DNA from: Lama guanicoe
Lineage: Eukaryota
Reading direction: 5' to 3'
Assembly (NCBI GenBank): GCA_013239625.1
Contig: MU053994.1
Coordinates: 1,429,775-1,493,774, forward strand
DNA length: 64,000 bases
The first letter of the stretch is position 1, and each line of letters opens with the position of its first letter. The notes below the pieces were generated by a model, which was not told the origin of the DNA, searched no databases, and saw nothing but the letters and a program-made list of their open reading frames with translations. A program made the translations under genes and the position numbers. Shown here in pieces: positions 37,040 to 47,950 of the stretch.

Positions 37040-37190
37040 AGATTAAGGATTTTGAAACTTGGTAGTCCCTGAAGGGGCTCAGAGGTGAAGTCTGTGAAAT
37101 GCCTGAAACTGTGAATTTTGTATGCGATTTTGTGCATATGTACATGGAGAGGAGAGGGAAGAGTCTAGATCTTTCACTAACTAGATTGTC
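37040..37190. mobile_element. Highly diverged hAT-Charlie MITE fragment
   Basis: 'gggctcagaggtgaagtctgtgaaatgcctgaaactgtg...gtgcatatgtacat...gagtctagatctttca' resembles a Charlie-type MITE; family uncertain. Confidence 0.45.
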
Positions 37191-37364
37191 GGGGGAGCTC
37201 TGCTCAGCTGCCAGGGTCTCCCTCACTGTCTCAGATGGAGCAGATGCTTTCCGTGCCCTGTCCCACATCCCCGTGGCACACCTCTGATTGCTGTGAGACT
37301 CTGGAGGCCAGTTCCTGTTAATGCAGGCTCCCTCCCACTTCATGTGTCTCTCCACTTTTCTACT

Positions 37365-37685
37365 TCAGGAGCTGTGAAAACATGGAGGAATAGCCTGGAA
37401 GTGTGGGGGGGTTAACACCTTGAGGGCAGAAATCAGTGGATAAATGCCCAGTCACCAAGCTCTCACTGGACTCCTCCAGAAGGCATTCTGTAGGCTTCAC
37501 AGTAGTGCCTGCACCATCAAAATCCTGATGACGATGACACCTCAATGATGCACTCACATATGGGCTTGCTCTCCTTCCCTGTCTCACTCTTCCTGCTTCT
37601 TCACTCCTGATTCCTGGGATGACCTCTAAAAGAAACTACCCGCATTCTGTTTCAGGCTCTGCTTTCTGAAAAAACAGACCAAGAG
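37365..37685 (+). mobile_element. ERVL LTR16-like LTR
   Basis: 'tccttccctgtctcactcttcctgcttcttcactcctgattcctgggatgacctc...aaactacccgca...tcaggctctgctttctg'. Confidence 0.7.
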
Positions 37686-38199
37686 ACCAGGGGAGTTTGA
37701 CAGAGCCCCCAATTTGAGCTCCGCGTGTGGAGCATGGCCTCCCCCACACAGTCATGCCAGACTCTCGGGCCCACTGGTGCTTTAATAAAGCTTCCCTGTT
37801 TGACTGTGGAGGCCACAAAGTCCACAGCTGAAAGTTACTTCCATCGGAAGAGGGAACCATTTTTCTCTCTCATCTTGTAGGACCCAGAATGGCCAGCCCC
37901 TTCTCTCATTTGTGATCTTTGCCTCCCAACACCCGTCCCCAACACCCAAACCCACGCTTGCCAGCAGAAGCCGGAGGCATGGAAAAGTTCACCTTCGTCC
38001 TAGAGGAAAGGAATTCCACTGGGGCCTTAATTAGGCTTTCACTGCCTTCAGGTAAACATTCCAGCATCTGCTGTTGTTATCACCGGAACACCTCAACCAG
38101 ATCTAGCACATTTCATGGATGGGAGTAATGTAACGGGAAGAAGATAAGGAAGGGCTGAATCCACTTGGCAGCCTGGCTGGAGGAAGTCAGCATCACCAC

Positions 38200-38622
38200 T
38201 GTGTTAGTTATCTACTGCTGCATAACAAATTCCCACGCATTTAGAGGCTTTAAACAACACCTACTTGTTATCTGACAGTTTCCATGGGTTGGGAGTCTGA
38301 ACAGCTTGACTGAGTCCTCTGCGCAGGGTCTCACAAGGCTGCAGTCAAGAGGTTGACTGGGGCTGAGGGTCTCATCTGAGGCTCAGGGGCTTCTTCCGAG
38401 CTCATGTGGTCGTTGGGTGAATTTAGTTCCTTGCAGCTATAAGCCTGGTGATGGCTTGCTTCTTCAAGGCCAGCTGCAGAATCTGCCTGGCTTCTTCCAT
38501 CTCTAACTGCTAGACCCTCTTTAAACAGCTCACCTGATTAAGTCAGATCCACCCACACTCAAAGGGAGGGGATTACACAGGGGCATTGGTCATTGGGGAT
38601 CTCCTTAGAATTCTGCCTCATA
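38200..38622 (-). mobile_element. MaLR MLT1E/F-like solo LTR
   Basis: 'tgtgttagttatctactgctgcataacaaatt...cagggtctcacaaggctgcagtcaag...cacactcaaagggaggggattacacagg'; 4/5 TSD accac/cccac. Confidence 0.87.
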
Positions 38623-39182
38623 CCCACCCTGACTGGCCTCCTTTGAGAAATACAAGCTGAGGGAGAGGGTTGCAGAGAGAGGGAGAAGCTGATCTGACCT
38701 TAGTTGTTTTCTCTACTTGTCATTCCCTGTGAGTAATGCCTTCTCTAATGAGAAAACATTTTTCATTTTTAAATTAGCCATCAAATGAGAGAGAAAAGCC
38801 CAAAGAGTTTTGAGAATACAATTAACTTCTTTGGTGAGATTGGGCAGAAAAAAATCCACGTGGCCCTCTTTACCTTTGAGATCACCAAGTCCTCAACTGA
38901 AACTGGGGCTCTGCCTTGAAATCTGCATCATCTTCTTCTGCCGTATAAATCATTAAATTCTGTCCATTTTACCTCCTCATGGTCTCACGAATCCATGACT
39001 GCTACAGAGGCCTCCAAACTGTCCCTCGACTTCGATTCTTGCCCTCTATACTCCATTCCACCCACAGCAGTCTGAGCTGAGTGATCATACTCTTGACTTA
39101 AGGCAGGGTCATCCCCGGTGACCATCTTCTCAAGCTGCTCAGTTCAGATCCCTAAGGACAGCTCTGTGAGTGGCTGCATCAC

Positions 39183-39535
39183 TGAATTACTTTCTGGGGT
39201 TGCTGTAACAAAGTGCTGTAAACTGGATGGCTAAAAACAAGAAAATTTGATTGTCTCACAGTTCTGGATGCCAGATGTCTGAAATCAGGGTGTGAATAGG
39301 CCCATGCTCTCTCCAAAGACTTTGGGGAAGGATCCTTCCTTGCCTCTTTTAGCTTCTGGTGGTTCCAGGCATTCCTTGGCTTGTGGCTGCATCACTCTAT
39401 CTCTGTATTAATCTCCACATGGCTGTCTTCTTTCTGTGTCTTCACACAGCATTCTCCCTGTGCATCTGTGCAAATTTCCCCTTTTTATCTGGACACCAGT
39501 CACATTTTGTTAAAGCCCACTCTAATGACCTAATC
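39183..39535 (-). mobile_element. MaLR MLT1A-C-like LTR (truncated)
   Basis: 'tgctgtaacaaagt...ttgtctcacagttctggatgccagatgtctgaaatcagggtgt...gcattccttggcttgtggctgcatcactc'. Confidence 0.85.
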
Positions 39536-39539
39536 TCTC

Positions 39540-39597
39540 TCTTTTTAATTGAAGTATAGTTGATATGCAATATTGTGTTAGTTTCAGGTGTACTGTA
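39540..39597 (-). mobile_element. Very short laurasiatherian-type L1 3' tail
   Basis: 'tttttaattgaagtatagttgatatgcaatattgtgttagtttcaggtgtac'. Confidence 0.8.
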
Positions 39598-39659
39598 GTC
39601 AAAATCACTGTTCTTGGATTCAACAAAGAGTTTAGATTTCTATCACATAGCTTAGGTGC

Positions 39660-39910
39660 TAATACTAATAGTTACAGTAGCTAACACTTAATGAGTACTG
39701 CTTATGCCAAGTACTGGGCATAGAATAAGCTTTTGGCTTACTTAATCCTCATGACAGCCCTATGAAATAGTTGCTATTATTATCCCCACTTGACAGATAG
39801 GAAAGCTAAAGCCTGGAGAAATTAAACAACTGTCCCAAGGGCACACAATTACTAAGCAATGGAACTCGGGCTCAAGTCCAACTTTCTGGCTCCAGAGCTC
39901 CAACTCTCTT
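39660..39910 (-). mobile_element. MIR SINE, near full length
   Basis: 'tagctaacacttaatgagtactgcttatgccaag...ttaatcctcatgacagccctatgaaatag...tattatccccacttgacagataggaaa'. Confidence 0.88.
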
Positions 39911-39954
39911 CCCAAACATAAGATAAATTAAATTTGGATACTAGAAAGCATTAA

Positions 39955-40437
39955 GTACCTTTTACTATATAACAACTACCCCAATGCTGGGTGGCTTAAA
40001 ACAATGATTTGTTACTTCTCTTGATTCTGCATGTTAGCTGCAAGTTCTTTGTTGGCCTCGCCTGGGCTCACTCAATGGGCTGCATTCAGCTAGAGGGTTG
40101 GCTGGGGGATGACTCAGTGGGGACAGTTGGGACAACTGAACATCCCTTTCTATGTGGTCCTTCATCTGACATGGATGGTGGTATCAGAGCATAGTGTCTC
40201 AGGGTTCCAAGAGAGTGGAGGTGGAAGCCAAGACGTCTCCAGAGGCCTAGCTTCAGAAGTTGTGCAGCATCACTGCTGCTACATTCTGTTGGCCAAGACA
40301 AGTCATCAGGCTGGCTCAGATTCCAGGGAGGGGAAAATAGACTCCACTTCCTAAAGGAAGAAGCTGCAAAATCACATTGCGAAGGAGTGTGCCTACTGAG
40401 AGAGGAGGAATTTGTAGCCATTAAACTACCTACCACA
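39955..40437 (-). mobile_element. MaLR MLT1G/H-like LTR
   Basis: 'gtggcttaaaacaatgattt...cagcatcactgctgctacattctgttggccaag...caagtcatcaggctggctcagattccagggagggg'. Confidence 0.82.
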
Positions 40438-40477
40438 AATAGATAAAACCTGGACACTAGGTAACAGGTAACACCTC

Positions 40478-41180
40478 TCTGTTAGTGGGGACTCTTGGTT
40501 GCATGTGACAGAACTTGAACTCAAACTGACTTATCAAGAAAAAGGAAGGGAGAATTTATCAGGTCATTTTCCTTTTAAATCTAAGGGTTAGTCTGGCCTA
40601 GTCACCAGCACTTGGTATCTTGTTCTTTCCTTCTTTCAGGCGGGACCACCTCCATGTAGTGTTAAATTTGACACTACCAGTTGAATTGTTACATTCCCAC
40701 TAAAAAGAACTTTTTCTCCAAATTTTTCCAACAAACATCTCAAGATTGCATGTCATTGGTCTGGCTCTGGACATACATCCATCTCTGAACCTGTCACTGA
40801 ATCCAGGAAGTTGAAATATGCTTATTGGCCATTCATGGACCATGTGTCTGTGCAATGGGGTGTAAGCTGGGGGATGGCTGGTAAATGTTTAACAACCGGC
40901 TCTGGGGTGAGAGGAAGGAGATTGTTTTTTGTAGGGTTTGCCAAGGTCAGTGGTGTAAATACTCTCCCCATGGCTGATTTCAAGCTGTGATCATGATGCC
41001 CATTGAATATGGAATTGGGAAGAGATGGCATGATCCCGAGCAGAACTAGTAGAAGTGGTCTCCAGCACACCACTGTATAACCCTGCCCACATCACAGGAC
41101 TAAGAGTGAGAGGAGGGTGGTGTCCCAGGGGAAATCAGGAAATGGAAATGAAATAGACCAAGAAAAAAAACCCTCGGATT
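40478..41180 (-). mobile_element. Ancient MaLR MLT1K/L-like LTR interrupted by MER63A
   Basis: 'gactcttggttgcatgtgacagaac...ctcaaactgactta...cattggtctggctctgg...catctctgaacctgtcactg'; resumes after 41075. Confidence 0.7.
40867..41075 (-). mobile_element. MER63A-like MITE
   Basis: 'gctggtaaatgtttaacaaccggctct...ggtgtaaatactctccccatggctgatttcaagct...ctccagcacaccactg'. Confidence 0.9.
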
Positions 41181-41454
41181 TCCAATCTAATTCTTTAATT
41201 TTCTTTCCCCACAAATGGACAATATGTAAGGGGCTAGTACTTTGCCTGCTATTCTGGTTGTTTTTAATCACCAAAGTTAAAAGGTTTGGAGATAGAAGAT
41301 GTCCAACATGACAAAATGTTGAAATGAACCATTTGCTCAGCATCTTTCCAGGCTAAATCAGTTCTTTCTAAAAGCGTGAAGGTTTCAGCCTGTCTGACTT
41401 TGTTTACTCACCAACGTGAGTGTAGATTGATCGTTGGTTTTAACAATCACAATT

Positions 41455-41715
41455 CCGGTAACAACTAACCTTTTTGCGGGTTTACTCTGTGCCAAGCACT
41501 GTGCCGAATGCCCTGCCTGGATTATCTTGCTTGGTCCTCAGATCAACCTTATGAGGCTGTTGTGATTATTGCCCCCATTCAACAGATGCAGAAACTGAGG
41601 CACAGAGAGGTGAGGTACTTGCTTATGGTCACACAGCTAGTCAGTGGCAGTGTTAGAAATGAGCCTAAAGCTGTCAGCTCTTCCTGTCAATGGTCTCAAC
41701 TTCTACCTTCTATTG
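41455..41715 (-). mobile_element. MIR SINE
   Basis: 'cccattcaacagatgcagaaactgaggcacagagaggtgaggtacttgc...ggtcacacagctag'. Confidence 0.9.
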
Positions 41716-43240
41716 CCTTCTCATTGGCCAAAGTGGGGTATCTCATAACCCAGAAGAGCCCTTTAGTGGATATTTTGCTAAGATGAGGATCCATTCATAA
41801 TGTGTCTGTGATATCATGTCCCATGTTTGAATATGGGTTTTTACACGAGCCTTTTGAAAGAGCAGGCTTCAGGTGTCTTCTTCTGGGAGGGTAAATTCCC
41901 TTAGGGACATGGGTGGGCAGGTGGTAGCTCAGGCTGCATCTGCTCACAGCAGGATGTGGATGTTGGGCATGGAAGGCCTCCTGACCTCTGCCTCAGGGGC
42001 TGAAACCCATCCTCAGCTCCCCTGGGTCAGGAGTCTGGCATTAGCTGCCAGTAACCCTCAATTCCAGGGAAGACCCAGGTCTCTCTTAGAACCTCCTGGA
42101 CCATTTATTTGACCATCACTCCTGGGACAATGAGAGGGGAGTGGAAGAGAAAGGCCCTGAGGTGGGGAGAGGAGGGCCGCTCCAATGACTAATGTGTGTC
42201 CAGGAGGACCTTGGCTGGTTTGGGTGTCTCCTTCAGGCTGGAAATGATGATTTGTGGGTCTGGGAGTTTGGATTTTATGACCTGAACCTTTAGCCTTTCT
42301 GGGGCCTGTGAGAGAGGCCCAAGAGGAGAAGTTGCCAGAGGCAGTTAACGTTTGGCCTTGGTTTGATTTGTTCCAGTTGTTTTGCAGCTGCCCCTCAGTC
42401 TGCTATCATCGATCGCGGGGAGTCCCTGGGCACCCAACTCCCCAGCTGGAGTCAGGCTGTAGGCAGAAGAGGGCAAGAAATAAAACAAGGATGAGGACCC
42501 TGTGTTCAGGAAGGAGGGCAGGAGGAAAGAACGGAGCCCTGCACAGCGGCACAGCATCTCCGGGGACCCCTTGTGCTTAGAGCCATTGGAGCTCAGGGGA
42601 GGGAGGGAGGGAAGGCTCTTCTGGAGGAAGAGGGCTTCTGGCTATTATTCAAAGGGCATACATAGACATCTTGAGAGGAAGGCAAAAAGCATTCGAGCTG
42701 AAGGAATGGCCTGTGGAGAGGTAGAGGTGGAAGGTTCTTGGCAGGAGAAGGAAGTAGGAGGCAGAGGACAGAATTGAGGACGGGAGATGGGGGGTGGGGG
42801 AGCCACCGAAGTTAACAGGACTGCTTCAAGCCTGGGACTGAAGGGTGGAGGTAATACAGATATAAATGAAAATAGGACCCTGTTTTCCAGGCCCTAGCCC
42901 AGGAGATCTCTGAGGTTTTTGAGGAGAATCCATGTTATCTAGGTAATCTGGGAAGCTGAAGAAATTTAGAGAAACCCCTTAGAGGGAGGCATCGTCCAGG
43001 CGTCTGCTGTACAGGAAGTGTCTAAGTTACACACTTGGGTGCTTTTCCTCCACTCAGACAATGTTTTTCTTCTCCCATAACAACAAGCCTACAGCTGGGG
43101 AGGGGGGGGTGGTGATTTAAAAAAACCATTCCAAGAGATAAATCTTGTAATACTAACCGCTGAACAGCTGGCCCTTTAAAGCATAGAACAGCCATTTAGC
43201 CATTAATCCATCCCTTTAAAATGCAGAAACAGCCCTCCCC

Positions 43241-43242
<2 letters not shown>

Positions 43243-43278
<36 letters not shown>

Positions 43279-43320
43279 GCGCGCACACAAGCACGCACAT
43301 GAACACACGCGCGTGCACAC
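43243..43320. repeat. (AC)17 microsatellite plus mixed RY tract
   Basis: Direct reading. Confidence 0.95.
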
Positions 43321-43860
43321 AAAGGGTAGTTCAACTTCATTTGGCGCAGCTACAGCAGTGCTGCTCTTGTACTTTTCATGTTCACAAGTACAGCCCTGGG
43401 TCCAGTTGAAAGAGTTTAAACCAACAACAGGAACCAGGGGAGGGGAAGGAAAGAGAAGCCACACATTCTAGATGCCTTTTCACCAAATTCCTTTCTAGGG
43501 GCTCCCCGTGATCCTGGATCCTGCCACTGCCCACTACCTGGTGCCCTTCCCAGAACGCTCTGCCTTCCCTGGGCTTCTCATTTTCCTGGAAACAGTCTGC
43601 AAGGGTAGCTGTCACCACCAGGTCCCACAGCCTACCACTCACCAGATCTGCCTCGCAGGCCTGACTCTGCTATTTCTCTGTCTTATTCCCAGTGGTCACC
43701 TTGAGTGATCTATACCACATGCTGTCCTGACTAGGCCTAGTTGCCAGAGGACTTGGATGAGACCATTCTGTTTGTCCCTCCCAGCTTGCCATCTGAGTAG
43801 CCTCTTTGCATCTGTGATTTGTGACTTTCCTGGTAGGCAAAGAAATAAAATTAAGCCCCA

Positions 43861-43863
<3 letters not shown>

Positions 43864-43908
<45 letters not shown>

Positions 43909-43995
43909 GCACACGCACACATACACGGCTGGTTTGGAAAACGAGTGTGTGTGGTGTGTGTGTGTGCACGTGTGTGTGTGTGAGAGAGAGAGAGA
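43864..43995. repeat. Compound microsatellite (CT)n(CA)n - spacer - (TG)n(GA)n
   Basis: Direct reading. Confidence 0.95.
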
Positions 43996-44019
43996 AGTGG
44001 GGAAATCAGATGAGTAACT

Positions 44020-44470
44020 GGGATGGGATGAATCGGTTAGCTGTCAGGTATAAGAAAATTAAGGCCATTAGCTATTTTCGATTTTTTTTTCTGTCATGTC
44101 AACAAGATTAGCAAGCCAAATGCTCAAGGAGCACGTTTGGGGGAGTTTTGAGTGCTCAGTGAAACTGCAAACCTCTGCTGAGCAAGATTGCCTGGATTTC
44201 TCTCCCGCCTGCCCTTTCAGCGGGTAATAATAACGGGAGAATTAGTGAGCAGACAGATGCCGCGCGCACTGGTGCACAGCGCTCGGCATTGTATAATAAT
44301 GAATATATTCACAGCGGCTGTTTCAATGGTTGTTTCTTAAAATGATAAAGTTAATTTTGCTGGGCCCTTCTTTATTTTTTAGACCTGAGCCTCACAAAAG
44401 ATGGAAGCTGAAATCACCTCTTATTCTTTTATTCACAATGGTTTCATTATGACGTTTGGAAATACAAACA
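44020..44470. promoter_or_regulatory. Candidate conserved enhancer
   Basis: Repeat-free, retained CpGs, several TAAT/ATTA cores, CTGTCA x2, CATTGT 44287-44292, palindromes. Confidence 0.45.
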
Positions 44471-44689
44471 AAAAAAAATTGTGTTCTACAGGGAGCTCGG
44501 AAACATGCAAAGCCTGGTATGTTCTCCCAGCATCTGGATGTCCAGTGACTGTTGCTTTGTTTTGGTCTTGGTTGGTGTTAAGACAGGTGAATAGGGTCCT
44601 TGAGCAGTGGGATTTTCTTGTCAGTATTTAGTCAAAATCTGAGTAGAGTTTTACATTTTTTACAGCATAATCTTTGTAAGATGTTATCT

Positions 44690-45010
44690 GAATAATAATA
44701 GCCATAGCAGCTATAATGGTACATTGGGTGCCTACGATGTGCATGTCAGCACACTAGATGCCTTTTGGTTACTAATTTAAGACCTCATATAAAGCCCACA
44801 AGTTAGGTCTTAGGTTGAACCACAAGAAATTGCGGTTTCTGTAGCTCAGAATATTAAATATAGGCAGTGTCATGTGATTCAAATTAATGTTATTTCTCAA
44901 TTTAATAAAGACACGGTCTCAGAGATGTTGGGTAACTGGTGCAAGGTCAGCCAGCAAGTAAAAGGCAAAACTGAGGTTTGTACCCAGACCAGCAGAACCT
45001 GAGGGTTCTC
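44690..45010 (-). mobile_element. MIR SINE interrupted by MADE2
   Basis: 'acattgggtgcctacgatgtgc...' and 'ggtctcagagatgttgggtaactggtgcaaggtca' flank the MADE2. Confidence 0.7.
44810..44887. mobile_element. MADE2-like mariner MITE (~80 bp)
   Basis: TIRs 'ttaggttgaaccacaagaaattgc' and 'gcagtgtcatgtgattcaaattaa'. Confidence 0.8.
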
Positions 45011-45463
45011 TACCCCAAGCTCACAGCAGCTCGGTTCAATGGGTGTTAGTATCTCCAGTTACGTCCAAGGACATCATAGTTTTGAAAAACAAAATGACCA
45101 GGATATATGCCCAGGAAGAGGCGAGACAAAACTCAGACCCTCTGTTTTAAGGGGACCCATTAATCTTTCCCTTTTTGCAATGAAAACCCAAGAATAGGAT
45201 AAGCTCCAAGCAGAGCTGTGATGACACAGGAGCTGGCACCTTTCCACTTGACAATCAGCGACTCGTGCTGCACCTCCTGCACCTAGTTACCACATCCCCC
45301 AACACCCCCCCCCAACTCCCATCCTTGTTCAGGGAATTATCCTGAGGTCATCTCCCACATTTCACTCATCGCATGTTCACTTATAAAGCCCCACTCATTC
45401 CTGAACCCCTGAATCCTTGCCACCCTGGAGTGGTGACATTTTAACGGAGGAAGTTTAGGGCAC

Positions 45464-45900
45464 TGTTTAGCTTAGGTCCTCCCAGAAGCAGATCCTAAGA
45501 CAAAGATTTCAGTGCAAGGAGTTTATTTAAAAGTAAATCCTAGGAAACCCTGATTAGAGGAATGAAGAAGTGATGTGGGGAAAGAAAAGACACCAATACA
45601 AAGTGTGTTATTGAGCAAGTGACCTCTGTGGGCTCCCCATTGGAGCTCAATCCAGCTGGGGACCTCTGGGGGCAATAGCAGAATATGCCCTAGAGTTATC
45701 CCAACCAAGAGATGAGGAAGCCGGTGTATATGCATCCACAACTCATTGGTTAAGGGCTGCTTCCTAGGGTGTAAATTCCAGTTTGCCTTCTTAGAGTCCC
45801 AAACATGCTCCCAGGGCCAGAATCCTTAGCAGGTATTCATTCACTGTAAACACCTACATCCATAGGAGTGAGTGTCCATCAGCAACATCTGCGATGGGCA
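45464..45900 (-). mobile_element. ERVL LTR16C-like LTR
   Basis: 'cccagaagcagatcctaagacaaagatttcagtgcaaggagtttattt...ccaatacaaagtgtgttattgagcaagt...agagttatccca'. Confidence 0.82.
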
Positions 45901-46741
45901 CCTGAATGTTGTCTTAATTTAAAGGAAAGACTCTGTGAGCATTAAACTCAAAAACATCCATAAGTTCAAGGACAGGCAGTTGGGTCAGGACATCCTGAGG
46001 CATGAGCCCCAGTGCCATACACGTGGTGGCTGCAAAAGCCACCTATTCCTAACCAAAGTAGGACTTCCAGAATTCCACTCCCTCCTTTTTCCAGATCCAT
46101 TATCCACAAACGTGAGACTTCTCTGTCATCCACCCTCTCTCTGCTGTGTGAATAACCACAAAAGCCATGATTTTTCAGCCCAGGGTCCCTCTTGAGGTCA
46201 CCTTCATCCTAGTAAAATGAGTAATTCCTTGGGGAGACTGGGAGAAGGCACTTTGCAAGTTTCAGAACTTGATTGGTGGTGGAGTTTTTTCTGTCTCTTC
46301 CCGACTTTAATGTGGTTCTAATTCTGACTTCGTTGCAGAGCCGTGAAATCAAATTAGGAAATGGGAGGAGACGAGCAACCCCTTCAAGCACAATCAACTT
46401 CTGATGGCTTCCCCAAAGCTCTAATGAATCTGCATAGACCTCCAGTAATATAAGGTGGCTTTTTGCAGCACTTTGTTTTTCTCCCTTTCTAAAGAGAAAA
46501 TGGGCTAGAGCATAGGTATGCGGGTAGCTAATGCAGTTGGTGTTGGAGAGCCTTGACTTTTTACTGCAGAGTGGGGAAGCCTTGGGGGAGGGGGAGGAAG
46601 CTGATTAGAAGGAAGGGAAGGCAGGAGCAGCAGCAGCAACTTCCAACCCCGCTGGTGGGTCTGTTATGTATAAGCTAACGTGTGAGACATTGTGTGGAAA
46701 CAAAGAGAGGGAAAACATAATCCCTGACCTTGAATGGCTAG

Positions 46742-46921
46742 CAGGCTGTTTGCTCAGAGCCTTGCAACTCAGAGTGTGAAATAGCAGCATTGCCATCACC
46801 AGAGAGCTTGTTAGAAATGCAGAATCTCAGGCCCCCCACCCAAGACTTCCTGAATCAGAATCTGAATTTTAACAGGATCCCCCAGGGGATTCAGATGTGC
46901 GATAAAGTTTGAGAAGAGCTG
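46742..46921 (+). mobile_element. MER5A/B-like MITE
   Basis: 'cagcattgccatcaccagagagcttgttagaaatgcagaatctcaggcccc...tgaatcagaatctgaattttaacaggatccccagggga'. Confidence 0.88.
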
Positions 46922-47264
46922 GCTCAAGAGATTCCACATCTGATCCTGTCACATCCTGCTCAGAACTCCATTCTGATCGCATCCTAACTTCCCATCCGCA
47001 GCTCTCACCACTCCCTCTCACCCCTGGGAACTCTATACTCCAGTCTCGTGATCACATCATGTCCTTCCATCCCTCCTCATGCTGTTTCCTCCAGCAGCAA
47101 TGCCCTAACCTTTGTCTCTGCCTATCAAAAATCCTCTTCATCTTCACGCCTAGGTATCTTCTCTGGGAAGCCTGATCCAATCCCCTAATCAGAATATGTC
47201 ATTACTATTCATTTGCCGCTGCCTGACTTTATTATTGTTAGATGTTTGCATGCAACAGAACGAT

Positions 47265-47950
47265 TTGAAGGATGGGCTTTAGAGCCTGATCACTCTGAGT
47301 TTGAAGCCCAGTTCTACCACTTTTGATCTGTGTGTGCAGATTTGATCACTGTTTTTTGTTTTTTGCAACCTCCCTTTGTTAGAATTACACACACACAGCC
47401 TTTTCTGTGTGACTTTGCAGTTTCTCTTACTTGGTTGAGCATAAAATACTTACCTGACCACTGATGTTAGTTCTGCAATGTGGCTTGAATTGGTTAATAG
47501 AATATGAGGGAAACAGTGTGTGAGTTCTGAGCCTATTGTGTGTTTCTAGTTGTCTCCTTGTGATTCTACCATCCCATGAGCAGAACATACCCCAGGTTAG
47601 CTGTTGGGTCCAAAGGGAATGAAATACACAGGAACAGACTTGAACTCAACCTGCAGCCAAGCCAGGATGACACACATCTTGAAGCAGAGCTTCCCAGGCA
47701 GACCCACAGACCCATGCTCAATCAAAATAAGGCTTATTATGGTATGCCACTGTGTTTTGTGGTGGTTGGTTGAACAGCATTATTTGTGGTCCTAGGTAAC
47801 TGATATATTATGCCTCTCTAAACCTCAATTTTCCCATCTGTATCATGGACAGATAAATATCTACTTCATTTTATTTTCGTGACGATTAAAATGTGATAAT
47901 GTATGTAAACTGAACTCATAGTAGTGTTTGATAAATAGTAGGTAACTTAA
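47265..47950 (+). mobile_element. MIR SINE split by an MLT1I/J-like LTR (~47335-47806)
   Basis: MIR 5' 'ctgagtttgaagcccagttctaccact' and MIR core 'cctcaattttcccatctgtatcatgg' flank 'catgagcagaacataccccagg...tatgccactgtgttttgtggtggttggttgaacagcatt'. Confidence 0.75.
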
